Notes: generated by a model from the sequence alone, not told the origin. 63,865 nucleotides of DNA from Mizuhopecten yessoensis (GCF_002113885.1 NW_018408919.1:2400278-2464142), one strand, 5' to 3'. Positions 37,486-53,852 are shown, numbered from the stretch's first letter. Made by a program: numbers and translations.

Positions 37486-40404
37486 GTAAATACAGCAAAA
37501 TAAATACATTACCGTTTTATTAAGAATTACTTGTATCGTTAATTAATACCGATCCGTGTACGAAATGAAGTGTACTCGCCTTTTAACACGTTAATCCTCG
37601 CCTTACATAACTGGGGCCAAAGTCTACACAAATATTGTAACTGTGTGTGCCATGTCCTGGTAGCGATGTGATATGTATCAATGTTTAGTATATAGCGTAC
37701 ATAAACACATGTGTCACGGCCGCCAGTCACTGCCTATCTCTGTCCATATCTACTAACACCTCCACGACACTGTCTCTAGACCACGCCTACCCCGCGGACG
37801 TGACCAATCAGCGCCGCCGTCGTTCACCGTGTAATGAATTCATCGAGGCGAGTAATTCAGATTTAATGTACATCTCATGTCCGATGTAAATAAGCTATGG
37901 GGGTCTGTTTCTACAGACCGGTAGTGGACTAAGGGATATATTTAAAATTCGTACGCGTGATTTAATCGCGTCTTTTCTCCGCCATTCATGTTTTATATCT
38001 CTCTGTCTCTCACTCGCCACAAACACTCCATATTAACACACTCTCAATACACTCGCTTCAGAAATATTAACCTTTCGGTAAAAGGCTTGGTTCTCTATTG
38101 CGGTTGTGTTTTTCAAACAATTTGCTACATGGAGCTTACGGTATATGTGAAAGACGCTAAGAATCACTTAACAGAATTGATCAAAACATGCTGCAGAATA
38201 ATCTCAGGAAGTCAACGATTTTTAATTAGATCCCATCTACTCTCTGCACTCCGCCGGGTGGGGTCAGTCTATAAGCGCGTATTGTCATAGTTAGGGGGTC
38301 CTTAAGAAAAGACTCCTTTGAGGGAGTTATGGGTTATGAATAAAAAATTGTTGTAGGGCCGGGTAGGAGCGAATGGGCGTTAATACACTGATTCGGAGAG
38401 TAATAGACTACACAAGTATTGGCCTTCATATTGAGCTTTCAAAGACTTTTTAAGTGGTCATTAGTATCGAAAAATTATGTTGTGTCGGACGAGTGGAGAC
38501 ATTAGCATCGTCCATGTAGGTATAATACTCACAGCAAAAGGCGGACTAACGCGCCTGATATCGTACGTCAATGAAAAACCTTTTTATGTACGCTAACTCA
38601 ACTATTTGCCATCTAATTAGATGTTTCCTAGTTATAAAGCATAACGGAAGAAAACTTTAATGAGGTGGCGATTGAGAAACTTTGGATCACATTTGACTTG
38701 AATCAAAATGATTTTGAAGTGAAATAAAACGACCCTGGTTTATCTAATTATCTCTGGCAATTCACCTAGGATTTTTTAATAAAGAAATTGAATGATTTTA
38801 AATACCGTGTTTCCTTAAGTTAAGTAAACTTCTTAAGTGTCAACATGACGTTTGACATGTCAAATTAAGAATACACTGTCGGCATTAAGAATGAAAACGC
38901 CAAACATTTTCTACATTAAATGAAAGTTGATTTTCCCGGTACAAAATGTGTGATATTATTTTCTTAGCTTTCGAATTTACGTGTAATCCAATTTTATCGT
39001 TGACAGGTTCGTTAAATAACGGAAGATATTCTCGATGATATTTCAGGCCGGATAATAATTTATTGTGAAATTCGATCCTCAACATTTATCTATGTGACGA
39101 GGATTCGACATCTTTCAAAGAAGCTTTTTAAATTAAAAGTTTACTTTTTTGGATAGTACCATAATAAGTCTGGACCTGAGACTATCAAGCACATGGTTTG
39201 GGGCATTAAACATGCATGACAGATGTACGGAGTTATGCTGAATTACCTACATATGTGTACATCAATATGGACAGTTCCGGTGAAATGGGTGTCAGTAAAA
39301 CACACGAGTTCAAAAGCATTGTCAGTTTAATCTCATCTTAACGTGAATGTTTAAGTCAGTTATATTTTACAAACAGTTTAAATTTTATATAATATTTTGA
39401 TACTGTTGATTAAAAAACATTACATTGATATTATAAAAATGAAATTACTTGGTAAAGTTGGTGTCAGGCTTAAATTTATCAATTTGCCATCAAAGCATCG
39501 TAAAGCTAACATTGTTTTAATTTAAAAACCGCAGATCCACAAATATCACAAATAAACTTTTTATTGAGCTTTGTTTCTAATAAACTTTGCTAAACTTCTA
39601 CAGAAATTAGATACCAGACTTGGGCTAAAAAATAAATAAATACAAGAAAACCACTTTACGATTGAAAATTATCAAATAAATGAAAATTGGATATATTTAT
39701 AGATTAAATAAAACTGAGCATTTATCTTGAGGAGTTTCGCTATGGCGGGGAACAGATTGTCCGGTGACACTAATGAAAATATAGGATAAGACTGTTCAGT
39801 TATCTGGCCGGGCAATGGAGTTGTTTGTCCGTAATCCGTAACGACTGGACACGTTTGGTCAATCAGGAAGATATTGTCAGTAATCCGTATTGATCCCTGA
39901 TACACATCTACCAAACTGACCAGAGAATCGGTCACTTTAAACATAGCACACGAATGTCCAAGGGGTTAGAGTTGGGGCTAAGGACGGGGAGGACCCGAAC
40001 CCCCCACCCCATCACAACACCCCAAACCCTCCCTTTTGAGATTTAGCAACCGTTTTGTTTTGTCTGGGCATGTCGACTTGTTTAAACTTGTTTTGTCTTA
40101 TTAGGGACGGAAGCTGTGTGCGACTCCTCGTTTTGGTAAATCAAGTCTCTTCCCGAAGTTATTTGGGCGAGAGCCGGGTCGTAATTCGTAATCCGTCAAG
40201 GGGACAAGAGTCAGAGGGGCGGGATTCGATAGAAGAAAGCTAGAAGTCCGGGTCCTCGTTCCCGTAACAATACTCAAAACACAGACATCGCGTTGAAACA
40301 GTTGAGTCGGAAGGAAATATAAAAGGAAACCACGAAATATTACATAATCTCTAAACTTGTATGTCTATTATAGCATAATTAGACATGTTTGATGATTTTT
40401 ATTT

Positions 40405-41858
40405 CCAATTATGTTGTAAACTTTGCATTACATGTCATGGATTTAGATAATTTTAGTCAATACATCGGTCTAAAACAATCACGGCCTTGTTCATTGACGT
40501 AACGTTTTCATATTTGGAATTTACAGCCCACTTAAGAAAGCGGCCAAAGTCCTGTCGCAAGACTTAAAGTTAACAAAGAACTTGAACTTGTACCCTAATT
40601 ATGCGTAATATATATGTTTGTCAAGTGTGAAACTCTTGACTTATCCCACTCAAAATTAACATCATCACACCGCGAGGGCTCATCTTATCAAAGTATTGTC
40701 AGCTTAATGTGTCGTAAAAGGTAGAACAGAAAAATACCTTTTGGTATTTTCCATATGACTGACTTCGTAATATCTGATCCTGACTTTTCGATGTCACTCT
40801 GAAACCGTGTTTAAAGCAACTTTTAATTAACTATCTCGTCCGCAATTGAAAAACAATGCAACACTAAATTTAAATTAAATTGTTCAGTCTTTAATAACAT
40901 GGGCATTTCAGCCCAAAGTCGTTTTAGTTCTTAAATAACATAAGCGTTTCAGATATCAAGGTTGCGCGGCTAAACCAAAATGTTTTTATAAAAATAATAT
41001 CAAATTCACGGTAAAAATCTTTCTAATTAAGGTTTGATAGGCGAAAGTTAAAACACAATTTTGCATTTTCGGATTAACGCGAATGATCAATGTCGGTTAT
41101 ATCTCAAGCCATACACGGACGAAATCTGTCCCCAATTATGTTGTAAACTTTGCATTACATGTCATGGATTTAGATAATTTTAGTCAATACACCGGTCTAA
41201 AACAATCACGGCCTTGTTCATTGATGTTACGTTTTCATATTTGGAATTTACAGCCCACTTAAGAAAGCGGCCAAAGTCCTACCGCAAGACTTAAAGTTAA
41301 TAAAGAACTTGAACTTGTACCCTAATTATGCGTAATATATATGTTTGTCAAGTGTGAAACTCTTGACTTATCCCACTCAAAATTAACATCATCACACCGC
41401 GAGGGCTCATCTTATCAAAGTATTGTCAGCTTAATGTGTCGTAAAAGGTAGAACAGAAAAATACCTTTTGGTATTTTCCATATGACTGACTTCGTAATAT
41501 CTGATCCTGACTTTTCGATGTCACTCTGAAACCGTGTTTAAAGCAACTTTTAATTAACTATCTCGTCCGCAATTGAAAAACAATGCAACACTAAATTTAA
41601 ATTAAATTGTTCAGTCTTTAATAACATGGGCATTTCAGCCCAAAGTCGTTTTAGTTCTTAAATAACATAAGCGTTTCAGATATCAAGGTTGCGCGGCTAA
41701 ACCAAAATGTTTTTATAAAAACAATATCAAATTCGCGGTAAAAATCTTTCTAATTAAGGTTTGATAGGCGAAAGTTAAAACACAATTTTGCATTTTCGGA
41801 TTAACGCGAATGATCAATGTCGGTCATATCTCAAGCCATACACGGACGAAATCTGTCC
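40405..41858. repeat. 727-bp head-to-tail tandem duplication (40405-41131; 41132-41858)
   Basis: Copies are collinear with about 9 substitutions counted by eye and no indels; cc microhomology at the junction. Confidence 0.97.
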
Positions 41859-43352
41859 CCGTGTTCGGTCAAAACCGTAGCTATTGTCCCTACTTTATGT
41901 GACGTCATTCAAATGAAACAAGGCGTGTGTATGGGGAGGGTAGGCAGTGTATCTGACCACAATATGGTGCCCTTACCGCTCAGACCTGCCCGATAAATAA
42001 GATTCACATTTCCAAAGAAAACCAATATCGTGGAGTCACAAAGCCCTGGTGTATTGAAGAGAAAGTCTTAAATAACGAAAGTTGATAAATTTAAACAAGA
42101 TAAGAGCAATTTTGATTAGATACCAGTCTTTATATTACAGGTAACCCTATCAGTGTAACGGTAATAATTTTCATTTCAGGTGCCTGTAAATTTGATGTTA
42201 ATTCGTAATCAATGTTCAATCGACGCTAGTTTTACAGAGGTAATTTCAGTATAAGCTAGTTGTTATCGTCAATTCTAGCTATCACATAGCGCGCTACACC
42301 TGTCCAACGCCGGCACGCATACCTGTGTGACTCGGGAGGAGATAGAGAAGTAGACACGTCGTCACAATTCCCTTTAACCCCCCGAACGCACCTGAGGCGG
42401 AGGAACGCGTAAACTTGTGTATCAAGCACGTGACCCGATCTCACCTCGCGCCAGAGTTTGGTCAAAATGAGGCCGAAGCTTCACGCGCACAACACCATAT
42501 CAACGGTATGGCGTGTGACAAGTTCACGCGGTTTTAAAATGTCCAAAGATTCCAATTTGAAAGGACAATAGAAGAGACGATGAGTGCACATGAAAAACAA
42601 ATAAATAAATGAAATGTTTACAGTTTGTTGAATATTTAAGATTTAATGTTGTGCAAAATGTTGTTGCCAGCAGTTAATGAGATGTATAAAACGGTGTCAG
42701 AATCGATTACCGTTTTCCTTTTTACAATATACTAACGTAATGTTTCTCAATAACTTATGATTAATGCGTTTAACATACGACAATAAAGATTTTTTCTTTT
42801 AAATATTCATAGCTAATAAAGATTGAGCGAAGCAGTGTGATTGATTTTATTGTTGGCCTCCCATGGTTTTCTGACAAGCAATAATAAAACCTCGATATAA
42901 TGCCATAAGTTTCAATTGTCTCCTCTCTTAAAACCATCATATTCCTACATCTCATTTTTCTCCTTTATTCACAATATGTCAAAAACCTCTTTATAACGGC
43001 AAACTTTTCCTCGACAAATACATGTAAGGGCAGTATAACGAGATATTCATGACTATGGTTTTAAATCATCACATTCATTTTTGTTGAGTTTATTTCTGTT
43101 GAATTTTAATATGTTCTACTTCCCATAAATATAAATGAATTAAATGAGTAACTAATCGGAATAAAAAAAAACCAGTTGTTTTTCTAAACAAAATAATTGC
43201 TTTTTGAATTTGGAAACACTAATTCTCTTCAACCACTGACCGTAAGAAACATATAATCACTTAGATTTTGTGAAACATATTCTCATGGTAAGAATAGTTC
43301 GTTTAAGTCGAATATGAGGTGCATATTGATTAAAACTACATTGAAAATCTTT

Positions 43353-43353
<1 letters not shown>

Positions 43354-43384
<31 letters not shown>
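43354..43384. repeat. (TTG)n microsatellite
   Basis: Read directly. Confidence 0.95.
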
Positions 43385-43388
<4 letters not shown>

Positions 43389-46300
43389 TTTATCGTTGAT
43401 ATTGTTGTTGTTTGAAAATAATCTTTTTGTAAAAACAAACTCTTCAACAGTACCGAAATACTGGATATTTTCCTTGTCTATCGAGAAAATATGAAATATG
43501 TTCAATTAGTTTTCTTCTTCTTCTTTTGAAAAACAAAGTGTTTATACGAACTAGATGTCACTGACAGATTAAATTATTTCATTTCCAAGCGTCCAAAAGA
43601 TGAAGCTAGTAACTAAACCATGTGAAGGGTAGATAGGGGATGTCGTTCGGCGTTAATATAGGTTAAACAAAAGGTACATATAATAAGTCTATTTGTGCAA
43701 CCATTTAACATTGTATTTTAGCGAGGGGTTGCTATCTTTGTCTATCGGCCCTACACAACGTTCGAGAGTCTCCGAGACAGACACGGAGCCGTACTGTTTG
43801 ATCTAACCCTAGTAAATTGTCAGTAATGGATCAGCAAATTCACGAAAAGGATAAATACATTTTGTCTCCAGCAGAAATACCTGAACTCTCAGGCTCGGCA
43901 GACAAATATATGAGATAGGTAGAAGTCTTAAATTTGATAATCTGACGCCCCAGAAAGTACACTTAGACAGATAGCATCGTGTCATTTTAGCTAAACGGTA
44001 CATAACCCCAATTACAACTTAATTACACATTCGTAGTACATTAACGGGCGTAGATTTTAAATTCTGATAAAAAAATTATTCAAAATAAATTTGTCGAATA
44101 AAAATGACTGCCTATATATAAATATACATTGTATATCTTTATCAGTCCAAATAATCGCTAGGTCGCATATAATGGTATTTTTTTCTATAAAATCCGTTTA
44201 TTGTGCAGGCTTGCGTGAAAGAGATGATGGGATTCTGTATAAATGTTGGTGTTCTACAGGGATGACTTTTTGGTGCCCTATTATTTCAAGCGTGTAATAA
44301 AATATGTTTCATTTGCAATAAAACCAGCATCCGAATCGACACTACTGAAACCTACATTGCCGACAAGCTTTTGTGAGATAAAGATGTCATTATCTATCTG
44401 ATATAGAAATCATACACCTTTATTTAACAGGCCAATTTTGTTTCTGATTCGATCATTATCTCCGTTATATAGAGAACATCATTTTATATTCAAGACAGGA
44501 ACAAAATAAGTGTGATCAAGTCAAAATTCAAATAAATAAATGGCAGTTATAGGTTCCGAGAGCGGATGACTTAATAAAAAGAAGTAAGAAGATTTCTTAT
44601 CAAAATTGAGTTTTTTTATGAATAATACATTAATGTTAGGTTTTAAGGGACGCCGGTTTCGTTGGTGACTTATTTAAGTGAAAACATTGAGAAATAAAAC
44701 CACACACATACGTAATATTAAGCAATATTTATAAAACTCAGTGAAAGTAATCAGAGAATTAATTGAAATACATTTAATCATGGCCAATTATTGTATATAA
44801 TTCCTTTAAAGGGAAACTGTTTGCGAAATCACGATTATGTCTAAACCTGTTGCTTTGATCGGACCTAATATCCCCCGTTCTATCTTTATTCAAGGATTAA
44901 GACACTAAAAGCATAAATAAGGTGAAAATTGACCAAGACAAAACCAGATAGAAACGTACCTGTCTGTGAAAGATGCCGCTAATCCTTTTGATCTGCTTGA
45001 TTACAGGTGCTAATTCTCGCACAGATAGCCCCAATATCACACTATCCTTTGACAGAAGGACGAGATCATAGTCGAAAATCACAGGTATGATATCATCTTT
45101 AACAGGTAAACACTTTCACAAATCAGTCTGTCTCTAATCCCCACCTTAATAACAATTAAATCTTACCTATACCGCCATCTAATTAAATCTCCCGGTCGAT
45201 TCTAAGACTGGAATTGTATTCGACCAATCAGAACACGTCGCTAAGCAGTCAACTGATCTGCTACTAACTAATGTAACCGCTGGAAGCGATGAGCGTCCAT
45301 TTTGATGGCGGTAATATATTTTTTTTCTATTGACAGAAGTAATAGATTAATTGAAAAGGTTACATGGCCAATGGGCTGTCTGTGACGTAACTTTATCTGA
45401 TAAGTCTATTTACCTTTGGTCTCAGAGATGTGTCAGGTATTTACATAGGCCCTTTCTGATGTATAACTATATCAGATCGGCCATCATTAATTTTACATTG
45501 TTATGACCCGCGCAACTGTCTCGGAGCAAAACTAACAAGCTTGTCTGTTTATCAGTGTGAATTAAACGAAAAAGGCTCAATAATCACCTATTGTGTTATA
45601 ATCAACGGACACCTTTTTATTTTAATAAGCAAAACGTGAGCGAAAACCAGATTAGCGAGCTAAGCGGGGAGATCAAACGTGGTCGGCTTTTATGTTAGAT
45701 TGGTGGCGCTCAGGTATCGATCATTGATAGTCAATATTAAAAAAAAACAAATTCAATCAAAATTGTAATATATTCACCTGTCAATAATGAGATGTTGCTA
45801 TCTTTGCTTCTCGGATCAAAGTAAAGTATGGCCTTCACTCAATCATCACGAAAACAGGATTAACAGGAAATCCATTTTAAACTTGTCATTTAACCTCCGT
45901 TACTGGTAAAACCATGAATCATGTAGCAAACATTTTTTGTTTTCAAATCAACATTCCATAAACAAATATTATGGTTCATTTTTTTCTTTTAATTCCGACT
46001 TTGCTAATTTCAATTAAAAAAGTGAATAGTTTTTATGTGACGGTAGTTGAATTTCATTCATTCACAAGTGATTTCACAAGTTTGAATGTATTCGATTTAA
46101 AAATACATTATTTAGGTAAAAACAAACGATTAGGGTGGGGATGGATAAGTGGGGATGGGGGCATTTAATTGAAATAATAAGAATGTGATTATTCAATCTT
46201 GCGCTTGTATTGACGATATTCGTTGAGGCCAACTTTTAAAGTAGATTAGTTATGTATCCACGCAAAGGTATGGCATGGTCTAGGTACAGCTTGACACAGC

Positions 46301-49300
46301 CAATCGGGATGATAGTTTAAAAATGAAATTGCATCATATATTATACTTTTTATAAGTTTATATTTAGTTGAAGGACAACAACCAAAATACAACTTATGGT
46401 AAAGCATTTACTTCGTAGATGATCTAAATTCAGATACAAATAAATCACCTCTGACAAAGAAGAGACCTAGCAGTATCGATTCAGTTTTACTATTGTAACT
46501 CGCTTTCTATAAGCTGATGTCAAGGAACCGACCTGTATACTTCAAATAACAAGCAATGTTTTGGGTAAATGTTGAAATCAATAAAAGCATGTGTATCGTC
46601 GCTTTGTGGACTATCTTTATTTTAAATACAGCAAAAGAAAATGAACTCGAATGTTTATTTTGGGTAAAAAAAAAAGAGGGGGGGGGGGGGGGGGGGTGCT
46701 CCTTTTATTCGTTAGATGATAACATGAATGGCCCGTTACTTTTGACATCGTCCACAGACATATAATTACTAGCAAACACAACTTAAGAATACCAATTTAA
46801 AGAACCGTCATTTCCTCAACAAGGTCGGACATACTTCACTTATGATAAAAACTGACTCATGTTGCTTTTTCCACTCATCATTACAAAACATCGGAGTTCC
46901 CACGTGTTGTGGTCAAATTTGGAGAGAACCCTGCTCAGTGGAGATCAGAAGACACCGATTAACAATCGTCTGAGGCCGTGTCCGTCCTCATCACAGGTCT
47001 AATTTTATTTGAATATATCTTGATGCTTGTCTTCAACTGTTTAATTAGCAAGGCAAGGTCGTTTCATGAATTTTACCGATATCAAAACTTTGATAATCAA
47101 AGCATATTTGTATTAACGTTTCGTATCGAAATCCCACCATTGAACATCAAATGGACCTCCAGTATTGTGCATTTTTTCATACTCATACTCAATAAGGGCG
47201 ATATCTATTCGACAGATTTGGGAAATTAGTGCCATCGGAATATTTTAGAACTACATACTAACTTGATTAAAAATTTCGTTACTTCCTAAGTGGCTGAGAT
47301 GATTTGCTAGGTATACTGTAGTATCAACTAGAACTAATCTCCTTCAAACATTTAGATAGTAGCCTGCATGTGTTAATTTAAAAAATAAAATACTTTCACC
47401 AGTTACTAAAACATAATTAAACATTATTTATGCAATTACGGCTTACACAATTAGAAATTAAAGATATAGTAAGATTATACAGTATACCGGCATAATGAGA
47501 AGGGTCCAAAGGCTACGCCGTGTTTTGAATACATCAAAAATTACTGTTAATAAGTTAATTTCATTATTATTCAAACAAATTTAATGTTACAATTTGTTTT
47601 AATAATTACTTTATAAGGCGAGAAGCAAACTCTAAAATGAGTCACATAAAAACCGGCGGTTCTATTGAGATTTTATTACAGCTTGCGTTAGTATATGCGT
47701 TCAGACAAGGTGCTGCAGTAGTTCCATCTCGATTCTGTTGACGTTTTTTAACATTAATTGATGGTATGAGTTCTGACAAGGTGCTCCTGTAGTTCCATCC
47801 GTGTTGTCTAAATATTATAACAGAGTTTGTAAACCAATGCCGAATAAAGGCGAGTAAAAAAGGGGGCTTGATTCCTCTTTTTATGGTCGAATTTTTGTGT
47901 AAAAACTGACAATTCAAACACACTCTTTCTCTTTCTCACTTCGATAGCAACGATCCCCGCCTCTGAGGATACTCCGCCTAAGAACAGTCATCCAAACATT
48001 CAACTCTATATTTATTTCTAAACACATTTAAGATTATATCAGTACATGTACAGACTAAAACGTAACCAGAAGCAAACAGACTAACAGACATAACATTGCC
48101 TATACTAATAACACAGTACAATAAACTAAAGTAGAAATAGTATAAAATTAAACCATAAAATGGCATTACGGGAGATACAACTAGCGTTTACTCGACCGAT
48201 GTTTTAATGTTTAAAATTTGCAAATTTGTTGATATCAACGACAAATGTTCACGGAGTATCGTTAGTAAAATAATGATATACAACCAGCTTCTATCATAAC
48301 CTGATGATATCGGCGGGGATGCATTAGCTTAAAAGGTACGGAGATACGCAGGTCTCGTCCTACAAAATACATCTTGTAACAATAACTTCCCGCCATTAAG
48401 TTATATCTGCTCCATGAATCGGAGTCTGCTCGCATCACGGAAACGTCGTAAAATTTGTAATCTATAAAAATATCTGTTTTTCAGCACAGGAAATTTAGAC
48501 AAGTTCCAGGATATAATAAAGTATTTTTTCTAGGTAAACAGCGTTTTGTAAGGGTATTGTCTGTGCGTCTTTTGGAAGCTAACTGCGTAATTGAGTTGTC
48601 GGGAGTTCGATTATCAGCTCAGTCATGTCATAAAGCATATACATTTATTTCAAAGATATAAAGCAATGTTTCACAATGTATTTCAACATTATTTCTTTGC
48701 GGACACATGCTCATATTGAAATCAAAATTTACTACAGTTTCATTTGAACTATAGCGCGTGCTAACGGACTCTATGTTTTTGACCATACTGTGCTATCCTA
48801 AGTTCACTCACTTTACATTTTGTATTTTAGGAATAAGTATAACAGACCCATCTGTCGCAACATTTTTGATCACCCATTTCAATGACTTTAAACACCTGCT
48901 CTGCCCCATCGTACACAAAATCGTCAATTATATGCAAATATACAATATATTATTCATTCTGAAATACGTTATCAAAGTTTATATTCTATAGAAGAACTGT
49001 AAACAACAACATACAATTTGAGTAGTAATTCACATATGTGATATTGTCGAAATGATTTTGAATTTATAATAATAATAATAAAAAAGAAGATACTATTCCG
49101 TCAACGATCGTATCTGCAAACATACTTTAAAATTTGTCCTAACGTTAGTCAGGGTGTTGACCTTTGGCCAAAGATATCAAGGCCCGTTTAGACCAAGACA
49201 GTTGGAAGAAACGTTAGCATGCATGGAGATCAACATTAATGGCGGTGAACCCATGACGCTCATTTAAATATTCATCTGTCTAAATGATGGAACGATATGT

Positions 49301-52300
49301 AGATTTCTGTGACGACTTGTTAGATCAAATTTGATAATATCTCGATATTATAATTGTAGATGAACGAGACTAATGCATGTTAAGTATCACATGCTTAACC
49401 AAAAAATAATGAAGATTATATAATTTTAAATATTTTCACAATTTTGTTTTTAAAATGCTGTTTATCGATGTTTTTAGTTAACACTCGTTATTTTGAGTCC
49501 AAACTTGGATATATTTCATCAAGAATTGAAAAATTAACTAAAATACACCATGATTTTTCGGCTATGGTTTTGTGCCAGTATACTGTCAATGCTTAATAAT
49601 CTTTATTCAAGACTTATCAGGAAAAGTGTTCCGTCAATAAACTCTATCTAAAAAGACAATCTTATTCTCTCGCTTCCCCAACCCCCCATTCTTCTCCCGT
49701 ATGATAGGACCCCCATCCAATTCCCCCATATCCTCGCTCATGACAATATCACTCAACTCCGGTAATAGATAGATCCCAATCAAGTTTCCCCCGATCTGAC
49801 AGACCCATCGTTGATTTATACGGCGGTATGAAATAAAATGATATCATTGTTTAAGTTTTTCGACATTAAGTGTGATGTCAGATAATTATTCAAACCCGTA
49901 TGCAAAATATTTCCGCTACGGTTTGGCTTTTAAAAAATAAGTATTTTGTCAAAACTCATAGAGTACATTTTTATGTGTTTAGATTGATCAGTTATGTGAA
50001 CGGCAATAAGTTCCACTGACTTCAGGATAACAAAACGGAAAGACAGATATATCTTTAAATTCAAAACGTTACTTATTTTTTATACCTAATTTGAATAAAT
50101 ACATTCATACGATACGAAACAAATGTGAGAATACAGGAATTTGATATCCTGAAGTGCGTTAGTAAGGAAAGGACGTCAACATATAAAGTGCTTCGGCAAG
50201 ATTCGAGTAACGACCACGTCGAGGGTGGCTTGTCTTTGCTTGGTATGCCATTTTTCGATCTTTAGAAGTCTTCTGAAATAAACACGTCAACTGTTTAAAC
50301 TTTTTTTGCCATCTCAAATGGCGACAGAGGTGAACACAAACATTGCAGCGGAAATAGCGAACTATTATATAAGGTCGAACTCGTAAACAACCATTGGATA
50401 CCGCTAAAGCGCATCTTATTGTTTGTTTATAAAGTCATAAATTTTCCGGAGAAACAGGTCCGGCTCCTCTGTAGGATTAGACGAGACAGGTGCGCGCTGA
50501 CTCTCTCCGCCATTGTTGACAGCCAAATGGCTGTATTCACTTTCAGGATTTGTCGTACATTCCGCATGTAAGGACTGACCCCTGTCAGACAAGGGGAAAA
50601 CGTGACACACCGGGTATGTTTACCTCGACAGAAGACATTGGCAGCAAGCTTATTCCAGTAGAGAGGGTGAAGATAATACACGCACTTTACACGACCGTGC
50701 CCTTGGAAACACGATTTCTTTCATGTGTGTTACGCATCAGAAGGCTAGTGACAAACGTGCTTCTTCTACAGATTAAAAACATAACCCGTAAACAGATTCT
50801 TACCCGCTCTCCGTAAGTTTTCTAAAAGAAAACTATTTAAACCCTGGTCAATCGCGTGTGAAAATTGATCTACACCCCATACGTAGCGTGAAACGAACCC
50901 TGGACGGTCAGATAGTTTAGAACGCATGTAGTCCAGTGTGGCCGTGGTTAGTCCTTTACACATCGCCTGTGCGACACAAACACTTAATTTCGTATGGCAA
51001 ACAGCGTTAGCGTCTTCTGTCGTATCGTGGTCAGCAAGGTGCGCGTGCGGCGCTAATGAAACAGGTCTTTGGTTGATATTGCAAGCAGGGGCAGTTTGCT
51101 AATTTAACCGTTAGTGTCGTACAATGGTTGAAAGGAGAATGAATAAAATACATGTCCAATTGATTGCTTTCGGTGAATCGCTGTTGAATGTGAAAATTTA
51201 AAGCATTATTCTTTATCAAGGACATAATTTCCAACATCTTTATATAAATGCAAACAACAATAAACAAAACTTGTGTTTCATTAAGAAAACATTCTTCAAA
51301 CGAAATTAATTTGAAACTCAAAAACCAGTCTGGTAGTTCGTCCTGGCTCGAATACGGGTGATATGATCGTAAAAGTGGAGGGCGATATGACTTTGCAAGC
51401 GGGAGATATGATAATATCTCATACCGGCACGTAATCATCCTAACTCAACCACAAACAAGGTTACATTTCAACTGAACGAGAGTTACTTTATTGTCGAAAT
51501 GTGAATGTGAAGTATGTGAAACCTTTTCTCCGTCCTTTCTTTTCACATTTCTTGAACAAATATTTTTATTTCATTTTGAAATTTGGGTGAATGTCCTGTC
51601 TCTCCGAAATGAAGCAGCAACGTCTGTTTTTTGAGGGTGGCGTTACTATTTTCTCGTTAAATTTTACCCTGTATACAAGTCTAGATAAACTAAAATATCT
51701 TTTTATTACATCCTACAATGTATCACTTGCCCCCTGCTGAAGAGAAAATCATGTAAGGTAAATACCGAACGGACAAATGACCATTCCCTTCAGTCATCAT
51801 CAAAGGGCCGGCTTAATTTTCACCTCACAAAATCATGGCTACACTGCAAATTACCTGTCTAATCTAAAGACGGAGTTCTTTTATAATAAAGCGTTTTACT
51901 TACGTTGATCAAACATAAACATATCTTGTCACGTTCGTTACGGAGCTTGACACTGCAGTGTGTCAGGGTGCTCCCTTACAATCACGTCGTCTGGTCAATT
52001 TTAAATGTTTAAACTTCGGCGGAAATGGATGTCACGAAAACGCAACTTAGATGAAAACACAAACATAATATATCTGTTATATACAAGTATTGCTAAAACG
52101 AAGAAGGAAGCAGGAAACAAGATCAAATCGAGTCAGCTGCACGTGGGATTTCGGAATCGTGCGGAAGTAAATTTTACAATCGTTCATACAATCCAAACAC
52201 AATCTTTAAAAAGAATAACACATAATGCAAATTTAATATACATGTGTATATATCCGTACAATACAGGCAATACGACAACCATAACAACTGGATCTGACGA

Positions 52301-53852
52301 GATACCAAATAAAAAGAACGATATCATGAACCTTTAATACAAATGCCGGAGGCGTAAAAATGTTTCCGAAAAAACTCAATATTGGAAGAAACCAGAGAAC
52401 CCAATAAAGACTTCAGAAAGGCTCACCTGCCACCTGGAATCGGTGAAAGCCGAGTGTGCTAGCAACTGCGCCACAATAATTGAAACTTTCAACAATGTAT
52501 ACGGACACAAGGATGTAATAAAAAAAAAATATATAGCTTCAAACAACCAAACGTAGCCGGTTACGTCATATTTTTAATGAATACATGTCTTTACTGAAGT
52601 GTTCATGTCCCGATAAACGCAACACCAAATCGGCTATAATGACTTGACACCAATTTCGTACTGTGAAACATGCTTTCACACTGTAACCTTACAGTTCCAA
52701 GGTCATAAACTTGTCAAGGTCATCGTTATCTTCCCCCAAGGTTCAATCTTACGCTTGCAATGACTCCCTCTACCTATTTCTCATCTAATTAAATTTCCAA
52801 TCACATGAGACATTAGTCCGGCCATGCCTGAGGTGAAAATGCTGTGATCTTGGCAGGTTTATGTCCGAAGCTTAGTAGTGGTCAGTTCTCAATTCATACC
52901 TACACAGTTTGTGGTCATCACTGACCACCGCTGGTCAATTGTTAACATGTTTATGACATCACCGGTTCCCGCCATTTGCAAGCACACATACATTTTCTTA
53001 CCTGTGCTTTCTGACAGTTATTACAGAATAGATTATTGGATTTCCCATAAACTATGACCTCGACATAATGGCCGTGTCACTGCCCATTGATCAGTGTGTA
53101 AGATGACCACGGTCCAACTTACAACAACAGGTGTCACACGTAAGAAAAATGGGCCAATATTGGCAGATACAACACAAATGGGTTGTGGGGATTAGGAAAC
53201 GGAAATTAAGAGGCTGTAATGGCCCCTAGAACGGTGTGCCATTCTGGGTCGGAAATTGACACATCTGTCGGACACCCCTGCCGAGATTAAGATGTAAACT
53301 TATTAACTAGTGATAGATTAAGGTTTTGTATGACACCTTCTGTCATAGACATTGTCAAGTAACACCAAGGTTCACAGTGAGACTGATAACATTGACGATA
53401 CATGGTTCGGACGATGGGCCTACTTCCTGTAGAGTGTAACTCCGCAAAATCCGGTCCCTTTCCAAGTCCGTGTTGAGAAAGGAGGAAGAGAATCCGGAAA
53501 CACTCAATAACGGATCCAGAGACTGTGTATTTGGGTTGGGTTGGGGTACGGTATCAAAGTGAGAGAAAAAATGTGTATAACATGGCTTTGAAAGGTTTCA
53601 CAAATAAAGACCTTAACATCAATCATCCAACACGTAAACATAACGTATTAACTGTCTTATGTAGCATATTCGGCAAAGGTTTTGGTGTCGCTCATTTTAT
53701 TTGGAATTTTACATTAGGTCAGAGCCGTACGAAGCCATGAAGTATATACGTTTCTGGTTAGGTACACAATTCTTGTCACAATTGAAGTATCCAGGCTACA
53801 ATTGAACTATATATTGTAACCGGTATGCGTATGCAAATAAGGAAATAAAAGT

